Shown here in pieces: positions 1-7,539 of a DNA stretch of 13,954 nucleotides. The position numbers and the translations under genes were made by a program. The notes below the pieces were generated by a model. The model saw only the letters and a list, made by a program, of their open reading frames with translations. It did no database searches and was not told the DNA's origin. Within the stretch, counting starts at the first letter, position 1. Every line of letters starts with the position of its first letter. The stretch covers positions 1 to 13,954 of the forward strand of contig CAZZXB010000081.1 in NCBI GenBank assembly GCA_964658025.1, in the 5' to 3' direction. This DNA is from an uncultured Janthinobacterium sp. (lineage in GTDB: Bacteria; Vulcanimicrobiota; Vulcanimicrobiia; Vulcanimicrobiales; Vulcanimicrobiaceae).

Positions 1-65
1 TCGTGCCGGGGGGGATGCGTTGCGTGCGCGTCGCCGTTCGGTGTGGATGTGGGGTACGGCTACGG

Positions 66-102
66 AGACGGATGGGAGCGAACGCTTTCGTCCGTCTTTT
101 TT
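66..102 (+). terminator. Rho-independent terminator of a + strand transcript entering from the left
   Basis: Stem AGACGGATGGGAGC (66-79), loop GAAC, stem GCTTTCGTCCGTCT (84-97). Three G-U pairs form only on the + strand, and a T6 run follows (97-102). Confidence 0.8.
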
Positions 103-178
103 ATTGGGGCGTTTCTCGGTCGGGCTCGTTGCTTCGCAACGTCGCGGCTGGCGGGTAAGCGGTTAGCTCGTTAGTCGA

Positions 179-2062
179 TTAGCGGGAGGTGCGGGGGCGG
201 CGGATGGGGCGGTCGGCGGATGCGTCGGGGCGTGGGGGCGGGTCTTCCGACGGCGTGTGGGCCGGGGATGCGGAGATTTCCAGGCTCGTTTGCGTCGGGC
301 CGAAGCCGCTCGATCGGAGCGCGCCGAGCGTATCGTGGTCGGCGGTCGCGGAGCGCTCGCGTTCGAAGCGGAAGGTGAGGATCGCGACGTCGTCCTCGCC
401 GAGGGCGTCGGCGAAGATCATCCGGTGGATGCCGCCGGCGGGATTTTCGGCGTCGGTCGACGCCATCGTCGCCGCGGCCCTCAGGAGTGCGGCCTCGCCG
501 TGGAGGACGTCGCGGCCGTGCTCGATCACGCCGTCGGTGTAGAGCACGAGCACGGAACCCGGCGCCGCCGTCGCCGTGTGATTGCGATACGGAATGCGCG
601 CGACGTTCTCGAGGATGCCGAGCGGGATGCCGCCGTACGGAAGAAAATACGCCGGCGCGTTCGGTGCCGCGAGCACGGGCGGCGGATGCCCCGCGGTCGC
701 GTAGCGGATCGCGCGGGCGACCGGATCGACGAAGCCGACGATCGCCGTGACGACGGGCATGTTCTGCATGACGGCGGCGCGATTCGCGCTCTCGAGGATC
801 GACGCGGGATCGTCGTTCTGCAGCGAAGCCGCGATGATGAATTGTCGCGCGCGATTCATGCTGACGGCGGCCTCGAGACCGTGTCCCGTCACGTCGCCGA
901 TCGAGAAGAACACGCGCTTGTCGGGAAGCACGAACGCGTCGTACCAATCGCCGCCGACCTGCGATGCGTTCTGCGCGGGGATGTAGGTGGCGCGCACGCC
1001 GAGATTCGGCGTCGTGGGGAGCTCTTTTTGAATGAACGCGCGTTGCAACATGTTCGCGACGTGCTTTTCCGCCTCGAGCGCGACGATCGTTTCGTGGACG
1101 TCCGTCGACGTTCCGTACCACTTCACGATCCGTCCGCCCGAATCGCGAATCGGGTGCGCGCGGTTGTCGAACCAGCGATATTCCCCGTCGGCGCGTCGGA
1201 CGCGAAAGCGATGTTCGAACGGCGAGCCGCTCGCGAACGACGGCTCCCACGCGGCGACGGCCGCGTCGAGATCGTCCGGATGGATGAACGTTCGAAAGTC
1301 TTTCTCGTCGCTCGCGAGCGCGAGCCCGGTGTATTCCGTGAAGCTCGCGTTGAACCAATCGAGTCGCGCGTCGGGCGTCGCCGTCCAAACGATCTGCGGC
1401 ATCGTGCGTGCGATCGTCTCGATGTCGAGGATCCGCTTCCGATCCGCGAGTAGCTGGCCGAGTCGGCGCTGTCTCGCATTCGCGAAGATGACGAAGGCGC
1501 CGACGACGATGAGCGCGATCGTATTGATCGCGAAAATCGTGCGGATCGCGCCGATCGACGCGGCGTCGGTCGCCGCGGCGAGCGCGTCGAGATCGCGGCG
1601 CAGCGTCGCCGTGTCGATGCGATAGTGATCGATGAGGGCCTTGCCGAGTCGCTCGAGTTCGTCCGCGCTCGGGCGATCGGGCGAACCGTCGACGAGCGGC
1701 GCCGCGACGCTGTTGGACCAAGCGTAATACGTCGAACGCATATCGGCGACGATCGTCTTGCGATCGGGCACGTCGAGCGCCGCGAGATCGAGATCGAGCG
1801 CCTCGAATCGCTGCGCGTAGAGCGGTTGGGCGCGCAGGTACGGTTCGAGAAAGAGCCGCTGGCGCGTCGCGCCGAAGCCGCGCACGCCCGTCTCCTCATC
1901 GAGTAAGAACGTCAGCGTATCCGCTCGCGCGCTCTCGGCCGATCGCACGAGCGTCTGATCGTGGAGCTGTCCGCGCAAGAGCCGGTCGACGTAGATCGCC
2001 GAACCGCCGAGCATGCAGAAGAGCGCGACGAGCGCGACGAACGTGATGACGGTCGTCGACAT
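179..2062 (-). CDS. Membrane sensor Ser/Thr phosphatase: TM-CHASE3-TM-PAS-PP2C (SpoIIE/RsbU-like)
   Basis: 627 aa ORF. Two hydrophobic segments flank a CHASE3 signature (LLDEETGVRGF...FLEPY). PAS/PAC region (IHPDD...RRADGEYRW...KWYGTSTDV). PP2C metal-binding motifs GGDWYD, IGDVTGHG, LYTDG and EDDVAIL. Confidence 0.92.
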   Translation of the reverse strand: MSTTVITFVALVALFCMLGGSAIYVDRLLRGQLHDQTLVRSAESARADTLTFLLDEETGVRGFGATRQRLFLEPYLRAQPLYAQRFEALDLDLAALDVPDRKTIVADMRSTYYAWSNSVAAPLVDGSPDRPSADELERLGKALIDHYRIDTATLRRDLDALAAATDAASIGAIRTIFAINTIALIVVGAFVIFANARQRRLGQLLADRKRILDIETIARTMPQIVWTATPDARLDWFNASFTEYTGLALASDEKDFRTFIHPDDLDAAVAAWEPSFASGSPFEHRFRVRRADGEYRWFDNRAHPIRDSGGRIVKWYGTSTDVHETIVALEAEKHVANMLQRAFIQKELPTTPNLGVRATYIPAQNASQVGGDWYDAFVLPDKRVFFSIGDVTGHGLEAAVSMNRARQFIIAASLQNDDPASILESANRAAVMQNMPVVTAIVGFVDPVARAIRYATAGHPPPVLAAPNAPAYFLPYGGIPLGILENVARIPYRNHTATAAPGSVLVLYTDGVIEHGRDVLHGEAALLRAAATMASTDAENPAGGIHRMIFADALGEDDVAILTFRFERERSATADHDTLGALRSSGFGPTQTSLEISASPAHTPSEDPPPRPDASADRPIRRPRTSR

Positions 2063-2265
2063 CGAAACGGCGCGATCGGAAGACGACGGAAAGACGGACA
2101 GGGGCGACGTCCTTGGAGGCGCGCCGTTCGGACCGAGCCGGCGAGAGCGTTAGCTTAGTCTTCGGCAAGAAAAGTACTCCGCTCGCATGACGCCGTCGGC
2201 GATGTGAGCGAGTAATTCGATGGTCGCTTGCTTCTCGCGACGAAGGAGTGATCCGGAGGTCCGCT

Positions 2266-3609
2266 ATGTCCGCCATCGATAACGCTCGCGACACGGCCGC
2301 GACGCACGCCGCACACGTGCTCACTCCGTGGGTCGCGCAAGCGACGCATCGCGCGCCGACGATCGTCCGCGGCGTCGGCGCGCGCCTCTTCGACGACGCA
2401 GGGCGATCGTACGTCGATCTCTCGTCCGGACTCGTCGCGGCGAACCTCGGACACGCGCATCCGCGCGTCGTCGATGCGATCCGCGAACAGGCGGCGCGGA
2501 TCTGCTACGTGCCGCCGTCGCTGTTTAGCGACGTGCGCGCCGAACTCGCGCGCGAACTCGCCGAGCTCGCACCGTGGGGCGACGGCACGCGCGTCTACTT
2601 CACCGCGGGCGGCGCCGACGCGAACGAAGACGCGCTCAAGCTCGCGCGCGCGACGACGGGTCGCGCGAAGGTCGCTACCGCCTATCGGTCGTTCCACGGC
2701 TCGACGCACGGCGCCGGATCGTTATCGGGCGAGAACCGTCGGTGGGCCGCGGAGCCCGGCATACCGGGCGTCGTCCGCTTCTTCGCGCCGTATCCGTACC
2801 GCAGTCCGTTCCACACGCGCGATCCGGACGAAGAGACGGCGCGCGCGCTCGCGCACCTCGGCGACGTGCTCGCGTACGAGAATCCGCAGAGCGTGGCGGC
2901 CGTGATGATCGAGCCCGTCGTCGGTTCGAACGGCGTGATCGTCTATCCGCGGGCGTACCTCGCGGGCGTCCGTCGCATCTGCGACGAGCACGGCATCGTG
3001 TTGGTCTTCGATGAGGTGATGACGGGCTTCGGGCGGACGGGCGCCGCGTTCGCGGCGGAACGTTTCGGCGTGACGCCCGATCTCATCACGTTCGCGAAAG
3101 GCGTCACGTCGGCGTACGTCCCGCTCGGCGGCGTGCTCGTCCCCGAACGGATCGCCGCGCGTTTCGACGATCGCCCGCTCGGGATGGGACACACGTATTC
3201 GGGTCAACCGCTCGCGATGGCCGCCGGGCTCGGGGCGCTCGCCGCCTATCGCGAGGACGATCTCTTCGCGCGCGCGCGATGGCTCGAGACGATCCTGAGG
3301 CGCGAACTCGAGGCGCTCGCGGCGAACCACCCGATCGTCGGCGACGTGCGCGGGATCGGCGCGTTTTTCGCGCTGGAATTCGTGCGAGATCGCGCGTCGC
3401 GCGAGCCGCTCGTGCCGTGGCAGGGTGCGGGTCCGGGCGTCGTCACCGCCTTCTACCGGGCGTTACTCGATCGCGGCGCCTACGCGTTCGGTCGGTACAA
3501 CGTCGCGGTGATCGCCCCGCCGCTCACGATCCGCGAGGACGAACTTGCGGACGCCTTCGCCGCGCTCGACGGCGCGCTCTCGGACTTGGAGCGCGCGCGG
3601 TCGAGCTGA
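2266..3609 (+). CDS. Class-III PLP-dependent aminotransferase (omega-amino acid/taurine/beta-alanine/polyamine-type; substrate undetermined)
   Basis: Motifs NLGHAHP, GGADANEDALK, YRSFHG, FDEVMTGFGRTG and the PLP lysine in DLITFAKG. ATG at 2266 is preceded by GGAGGT (2255-2260), so it is preferred over GTG 2248. Confidence 0.93.
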   Translation: MSAIDNARDTAATHAAHVLTPWVAQATHRAPTIVRGVGARLFDDAGRSYVDLSSGLVAANLGHAHPRVVDAIREQAARICYVPPSLFSDVRAELARELAELAPWGDGTRVYFTAGGADANEDALKLARATTGRAKVATAYRSFHGSTHGAGSLSGENRRWAAEPGIPGVVRFFAPYPYRSPFHTRDPDEETARALAHLGDVLAYENPQSVAAVMIEPVVGSNGVIVYPRAYLAGVRRICDEHGIVLVFDEVMTGFGRTGAAFAAERFGVTPDLITFAKGVTSAYVPLGGVLVPERIAARFDDRPLGMGHTYSGQPLAMAAGLGALAAYREDDLFARARWLETILRRELEALAANHPIVGDVRGIGAFFALEFVRDRASREPLVPWQGAGPGVVTAFYRALLDRGAYAFGRYNVAVIAPPLTIREDELADAFAALDGALSDLERARSS

Positions 3610-3623
3610 CGGGCGGGCGCGCG

Positions 3624-3983
3624 TTACTGCTTTCCGACCGGCTTATTGTTCTGGTTGAGGAGATAGATGCGATCCGCGTGCGCGAGCCCGAGTAACTTGC
3701 GATCGTAGTAGACCTTCACGTACTGACCGGGCTTGATCTTCGCGATCTGCGTCGTCTGTTTTTCGGGGGTGAAGACTTGCTTGAATTTCGGGGCGATCGC
3801 GAACCCGAGCGTCTGTTTCGTCGCCGGATCGTAGACCTTGATGTTGTTCTCGGAGACGTGCCGTACGATGCCGTTGAAGACCATGGCGGCGTGCTTGGCC
3901 GAGACGGCCGTCGCGGTCGATGCGACGGCCAGAACGAGCGCGACGACGCGCGGAGCGATACGATCGATCGTAGTACGTGTCAT
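3624..3983 (-). CDS. Small secreted, basic, beta-rich hypothetical protein (possible OB-fold/DUF5666-like), 119 aa
   Basis: From ATG 3983: basic N-region, hydrophobic VVALVLAVA and VSA/K cleavage-like site. Then GIVRHVSENNIKV ... IKPGQYVKVYY, resembling small OB-fold proteins. Third positions are GC-rich. The upstream part of the 215 aa ORF looks non-coding. Confidence 0.75.
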   Translation of the reverse strand: MTRTTIDRIAPRVVALVLAVASTATAVSAKHAAMVFNGIVRHVSENNIKVYDPATKQTLGFAIAPKFKQVFTPEKQTTQIAKIKPGQYVKVYYDRKLLGLAHADRIYLLNQNNKPVGKQ

Positions 3984-4116
3984 GCGAGGGTTCGTTCCCG
4001 AACGCGTCCGGAATAAACGATGCGATGTGACGTGGCTCCGTTCACACAGCGCCCTGTGGACGACGTGTATAGCTTCCGCCGCGCGACGCGAGAGGGCGCG
4101 GAACGCGTTCGTGCCG

Positions 4117-4545
4117 CTAGCGCGCGGCGGTTCGCGCCACGAGGAAGGCCGCCGCGTCCTCGGCGAGGGCGATGGGAAAATCCGGAAGGCCGCGACCGAC
4201 CGTGAAACTCCGCCGCAGTCCGAACAGCCCGTACGCGGAGGCGACCGCCCCGACGATCCCGAGGCCGGCACCGACGCGCGTCCCGCCGCCCGCGCGCTTC
4301 GCGATCGCGCCCCCGCAGAGGGCGCCCGCGACGACGCGCGCGATGAGACCGAGGGGTTCCAAGCGAGACGGTGCCTGCGGCAGCTTGTCGGCGAGGCATT
4401 CGCCGCAGGCGAGCGCCGCGACGAAACCGGCCCAGGGCGAATTCACGAGACGCAGGGTCGTGGCGGGGCCGGCGAAGGTGCGCGACCCGGACGCCGCGCC
4501 GATGGCGAGCGCCTTGAGATACGGCGAAGCGGTCATATCGGTCAT
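4117..4545 (-). CDS. DUF4126-like small membrane protein, 142 aa
   Basis: Gly/Ala-rich hydrophobic protein with motifs GSRTFAGP, GECLADKLPQAPSR and ALAED. ATG 4545 overlaps the upstream gene's TGA (ATGA). Alternative start at 4536. Confidence 0.8.
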   Translation of the reverse strand: MTDMTASPYLKALAIGAASGSRTFAGPATTLRLVNSPWAGFVAALACGECLADKLPQAPSRLEPLGLIARVVAGALCGGAIAKRAGGGTRVGAGLGIVGAVASAYGLFGLRRSFTVGRGLPDFPIALAEDAAAFLVARTAAR

Positions 4546-5066
4546 GTCGTACCCATCGCGGACGGGTCCGACGGGTCCGTACGAGGCGGTCGGGCGAGGA
4601 GCAAGACGGTCCACGACGCGACGAGCACGGGCTTCGGCGTCTCCGGAACGTCGATGCGGACGTCCCAGACCAGGCGCGCGCCGCGCTCCGTGCGCTCGCA
4701 CGAGGCGAGCGTCGCGCTCGCTCGGATCGTCGAGCCCGCGCGGAGCGGTGCGACGAAGCGGACGCGATCGAGCCCGTAATTGATCGAGGCGCGCGCGAAC
4801 GGAAACGAGACCGAGCGCTCGAGGAGCGTCGTGAGCAGCGAGAGCGTGAGGAATCCGTGCGCGATCGTCTCGCCGAACGGCGATTCGCGACGCGCGCGGC
4901 CCGCATCGACGTGGATCCACTGCGCGTCGTCGGTCGCCGCCGCGAAGGCGTCGATCCGCGCTTGCGTGACGACGAACGGCGGCCCGACGGACGTCGTTCC
5001 GACGGCCGCTTCCGCCGCCGCGAGGGTCTCGAAAACGACGCGCGGAGGATCCGCTCCCTCGTCCAT
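4542..5066 (-). CDS. MaoC-family hot-dog fold dehydratase / (R)-specific enoyl-CoA hydratase-like, 174 aa
   Basis: VTQARIDAFAAATDDAQWIHVD (catalytic D-x4-H), SPFGETIAHGFLTLSLL and NYGLDRVRFVAP. This is the C-terminal part of the 684 aa track ORF, starting at ATG 5066. Confidence 0.9.
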   Translation of the reverse strand: MDEGADPPRVVFETLAAAEAAVGTTSVGPPFVVTQARIDAFAAATDDAQWIHVDAGRARRESPFGETIAHGFLTLSLLTTLLERSVSFPFARASINYGLDRVRFVAPLRAGSTIRASATLASCERTERGARLVWDVRIDVPETPKPVLVASWTVLLLARPPRTDPSDPSAMGTT

Positions 5067-5111
5067 ATCACGTTTTCGTTGGGCGTCGGAAAGACGACGA
5101 CCCTCCACCCT

Positions 5112-5129
5112 GTTGGCCACGTGGCTAAC
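5112..5129. promoter_or_regulatory. Near-perfect 18-bp palindrome, candidate operator in a divergent promoter region
   Basis: GTTGGCCAC|GTGGCTAAC, 8 of 9 pairs complementary, in the middle of the 96-bp gap (5067-5162) between the maoC-like and ATP-grasp genes. Confidence 0.4.
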
Positions 5130-5162
5130 GAGACGCCCGTCGTAGGACACGAATTGCCGAAT

Positions 5163-6599
5163 ATGCTGGATCTTCGGCCGCGCGATTCCGTGGCCGCGCA
5201 CTACGACGAGATGTTCGCCGCGGACGGAACGCCGCGCGAGCAGTACGTCCCGCTCGCGCAGACCCTCGCGCGGATCGATCGCGACGAGATCGCCGCGCGC
5301 ATCCGGTCGGTGAATACCTCGCTCCTGCAGCGGGGCGTCACGTTCACGGTGTACGCCGATTCCGCCGGGACCGAGCGCGTGTTCCCGTTCGACGTCTTGC
5401 CGCGGATCCTGACGGCGACGGAGTGGTCGCTCATCGAGCGCGGGATCGCGCAACGCGTCCGCGCCGTCAACGCGTTCGTCCGCGACGTCTACCACGAACA
5501 GCGCATCCTGCGCGCGGGGCGCGTCCCGTACGAGCTCGTCTATTCGTCCAAGGGCTTCAACCGCGAGATGATCGGCGTGAACGTGGCGGGCGACGTCTAC
5601 GTCCACGTTTCGGGGACCGATCTCATCCGCGACGAGAACGGGACGTTTCTCGTTCTCGAGGACAACTGTCGCGTGCCCTCCGGGATCTCGTACGTCCTCG
5701 AGAACCGCGACGTCCTCAAGCGCGCGATCCCGCGACTCTTCTACGATTATGCGATCCGGCCGGTCGACGATTATCCCAGTCGCCTGCTCGAGACGTTGCG
5801 CTTCGCCGCGCCGCGCGGGAACTCCGAACCGAACGTCGTCGTGCTCACGCCGGGGATGTACAACTCCGCGTATTTCGAACACGCGCTCCTCGCGCGACGG
5901 ATGGGCGTGGAACTCGTCGAGGGTCGCGATCTCATCGTCGTCGACAATTTCGTGTATCTCAAAACGACGCGCGGTCCCGAACGCGTCGACGTGATCTATC
6001 GCCGCATCGACGACGATTTTCTCGATCCGCTCTACTTCCGTTCGGATTCCGCGCTCGGCGTGACGGGTCTGATGGACGCCTATCGGGCGGGAAACGTGAC
6101 GCTCGCGAACGCGATCGGATCGGGCGTCGGCGACGACAAGTCGATCTATCGCTTCGTCCCCGAGATGATCCGCTATTTTCTCGGCGAGGAACCGTTGCTC
6201 TCGAACGTTCCGACGTTCGACTGCGAGAACGACGTGGAGCGCCGACACGTGCTCGACAATCTCCACTCGCTGGTCGTGAAGAATACGAACGCCTCGGGCG
6301 GGTACGGAATGCTCATGGGTCCGTTCGCCACGTCGGCCGAGCGCGAGGCGTTTCGCGATCTCATCCTCGCGCGTCCGCGCGAGTTCATCGCGCAGCCCGT
6401 CGTGCAGATCTCGTCGTCGCCGACGCTCATCGAGGGCGAGGTCGTCGGTCGTCGCGTCGATCTGCGGCCGTTCGCCCTCTACGGTGCCGAGGTCGAGGTG
6501 CCGCCGGCCGCGCTCACGCGCGTGGCGCTGCGCGAGGGCTCGCTCGTCGTCAATTCGTCGCAGGGCGGCGGCAGCAAGGATACCTGGGTCCAACAATAA
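5163..6599 (+). CDS. Circularly permuted type 2 ATP-grasp protein (putative peptide/amide ligase), 478 aa
   Basis: Family motifs YDEM, GVTFTVY, FPFDVLPR, VLEDNCRVPSGISYVLENR, VVLTPGMYNSAYFEH, VDVIYRRIDDDFLDP, DDKSIY, SGGYGM, VDLRPF and VVNSSQGGGSKDTWV. Start at ATG 5163; an in-frame GTG at 5121 is an alternative. Confidence 0.95.
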   Translation: MLDLRPRDSVAAHYDEMFAADGTPREQYVPLAQTLARIDRDEIAARIRSVNTSLLQRGVTFTVYADSAGTERVFPFDVLPRILTATEWSLIERGIAQRVRAVNAFVRDVYHEQRILRAGRVPYELVYSSKGFNREMIGVNVAGDVYVHVSGTDLIRDENGTFLVLEDNCRVPSGISYVLENRDVLKRAIPRLFYDYAIRPVDDYPSRLLETLRFAAPRGNSEPNVVVLTPGMYNSAYFEHALLARRMGVELVEGRDLIVVDNFVYLKTTRGPERVDVIYRRIDDDFLDPLYFRSDSALGVTGLMDAYRAGNVTLANAIGSGVGDDKSIYRFVPEMIRYFLGEEPLLSNVPTFDCENDVERRHVLDNLHSLVVKNTNASGGYGMLMGPFATSAEREAFRDLILARPREFIAQPVVQISSSPTLIEGEVVGRRVDLRPFALYGAEVEVPPAALTRVALREGSLVVNSSQGGGSKDTWVQQ

Positions 6600-7537
6600 T
6601 GCTCAGCCGTCTCGCCGATTTTTCGTTCTGGCTCGGTCGCAACGTGGAACGCGCGGAGACGCTCGCGCGCGTCCTCGACGTCAACCACGCGCGCTCGGTC
6701 GATCTCTACGGCGGCCGCGACGGTCGCAGCGATCACCTCTGGGAATCGGTCATGTCCGCGATCGGCTTTCGCGACGACCCGCTCGGCGCGTTCGGAGATC
6801 GATCGTCGGCCGTGCTCGGCTACGTCGCGTTCGATCCGGCGAACGCGAGCTCGATCGTCTCGAGCGTTCGCGTCGCGCGTTCGAGCGCGCTCGGGATCCG
6901 CTCCGAACTCACGACCGAGGTGTGGGAAGTCGTCAACGTCCTGTACCTCTTCGTCGAGGGCCAGGATCTCAAGTCGGTCCTGCGCGAGGGCCCGTCGCGG
7001 TTTCTCCGCCGGGTGCGCGATATGTGTCAGTCGTTCGCGGGCGTGAGCGACGCGACGATGTCGCACGGCGAGGGTTGGAATTTCTTGCAGGCCGGCCGCT
7101 ACCTCGAGCGCGCCTACCTCACCGCGCGCATCCTCGCGGCGGTCGACGTGGAGAACGAGCCCTGGCACGAGTCGCAGCGATTGCTCGAGATGTGTTGCGC
7201 GAGCGTTCCGTTCGCGCAACAGTCGCACCGCGCGCCCGAAGCGCGCGACGCGCTCGCCTTCATCCTGCTCTCGGAAGAGTTTCCGCGATCGGTGCGCTTC
7301 GCGACGCGCGCGGTCTCGGATGCGATGCGACGCATCTCGCGCAACCCGATCGGGAGTTCCGGCACGGTCGCGGAACGGCGACTCGGCCGACTCTGCGCCG
7401 TGTTCGATTTCACGCCGCTCGAAGAACTCGTCACGCCGTCGGTGGAGCATTTCGCGCACGACATCCAACGCGAGTTCGAAGCGCTCTCCTCCGAGATCGA
7501 GAGCGTTTACTTTCCGCGTCTTCCGGTTCCGGCGTAA
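6599..7537 (+). CDS. Alpha-E domain protein (DUF403), 312 aa
   Basis: Starts MLSRLADFSFWLGRNVERAE, with a second ER motif in GRYLERA, plus SIVSS, EVWE and FPRSV. The start overlaps the upstream stop (TAATG, 6597-6601). Confidence 0.93.
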   Translation: MLSRLADFSFWLGRNVERAETLARVLDVNHARSVDLYGGRDGRSDHLWESVMSAIGFRDDPLGAFGDRSSAVLGYVAFDPANASSIVSSVRVARSSALGIRSELTTEVWEVVNVLYLFVEGQDLKSVLREGPSRFLRRVRDMCQSFAGVSDATMSHGEGWNFLQAGRYLERAYLTARILAAVDVENEPWHESQRLLEMCCASVPFAQQSHRAPEARDALAFILLSEEFPRSVRFATRAVSDAMRRISRNPIGSSGTVAERRLGRLCAVFDFTPLEELVTPSVEHFAHDIQREFEALSSEIESVYFPRLPVPA

Positions 7538-7539
7538 CG

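Noticed and set aside
1..14. Possible 3' end of a 5S rRNA (TCGTGCCGGG) before the terminator
   Set aside because: Too short and imperfect to support; it needs sequence left of the window.
2063..2265. Known riboswitch (SAM, TPP, glycine, lysine, guanidine, c-di-GMP) upstream of the aminotransferase
   Set aside because: I could not find the conserved core motifs of any of these. Kept only as an unexplained hairpin.
4026..4046. CRP/FNR binding site
   Set aside because: The half-sites are right for CRP but the spacer is 11 nt rather than 6.
5143..5158. Sigma-54 promoter-like AGGACACGAATTGC upstream of the ATP-grasp gene
   Set aside because: GG and GC are separated by 9 nt, not the required 10, and the TGGCAC element is poorly matched.
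4542..6596. 684 aa minus-strand ORF suggesting a large MaoC fusion
   Set aside because: The first ~510 codons are the antisense shadow of the ATP-grasp gene. Only the part from ATG 5066 has family motifs.
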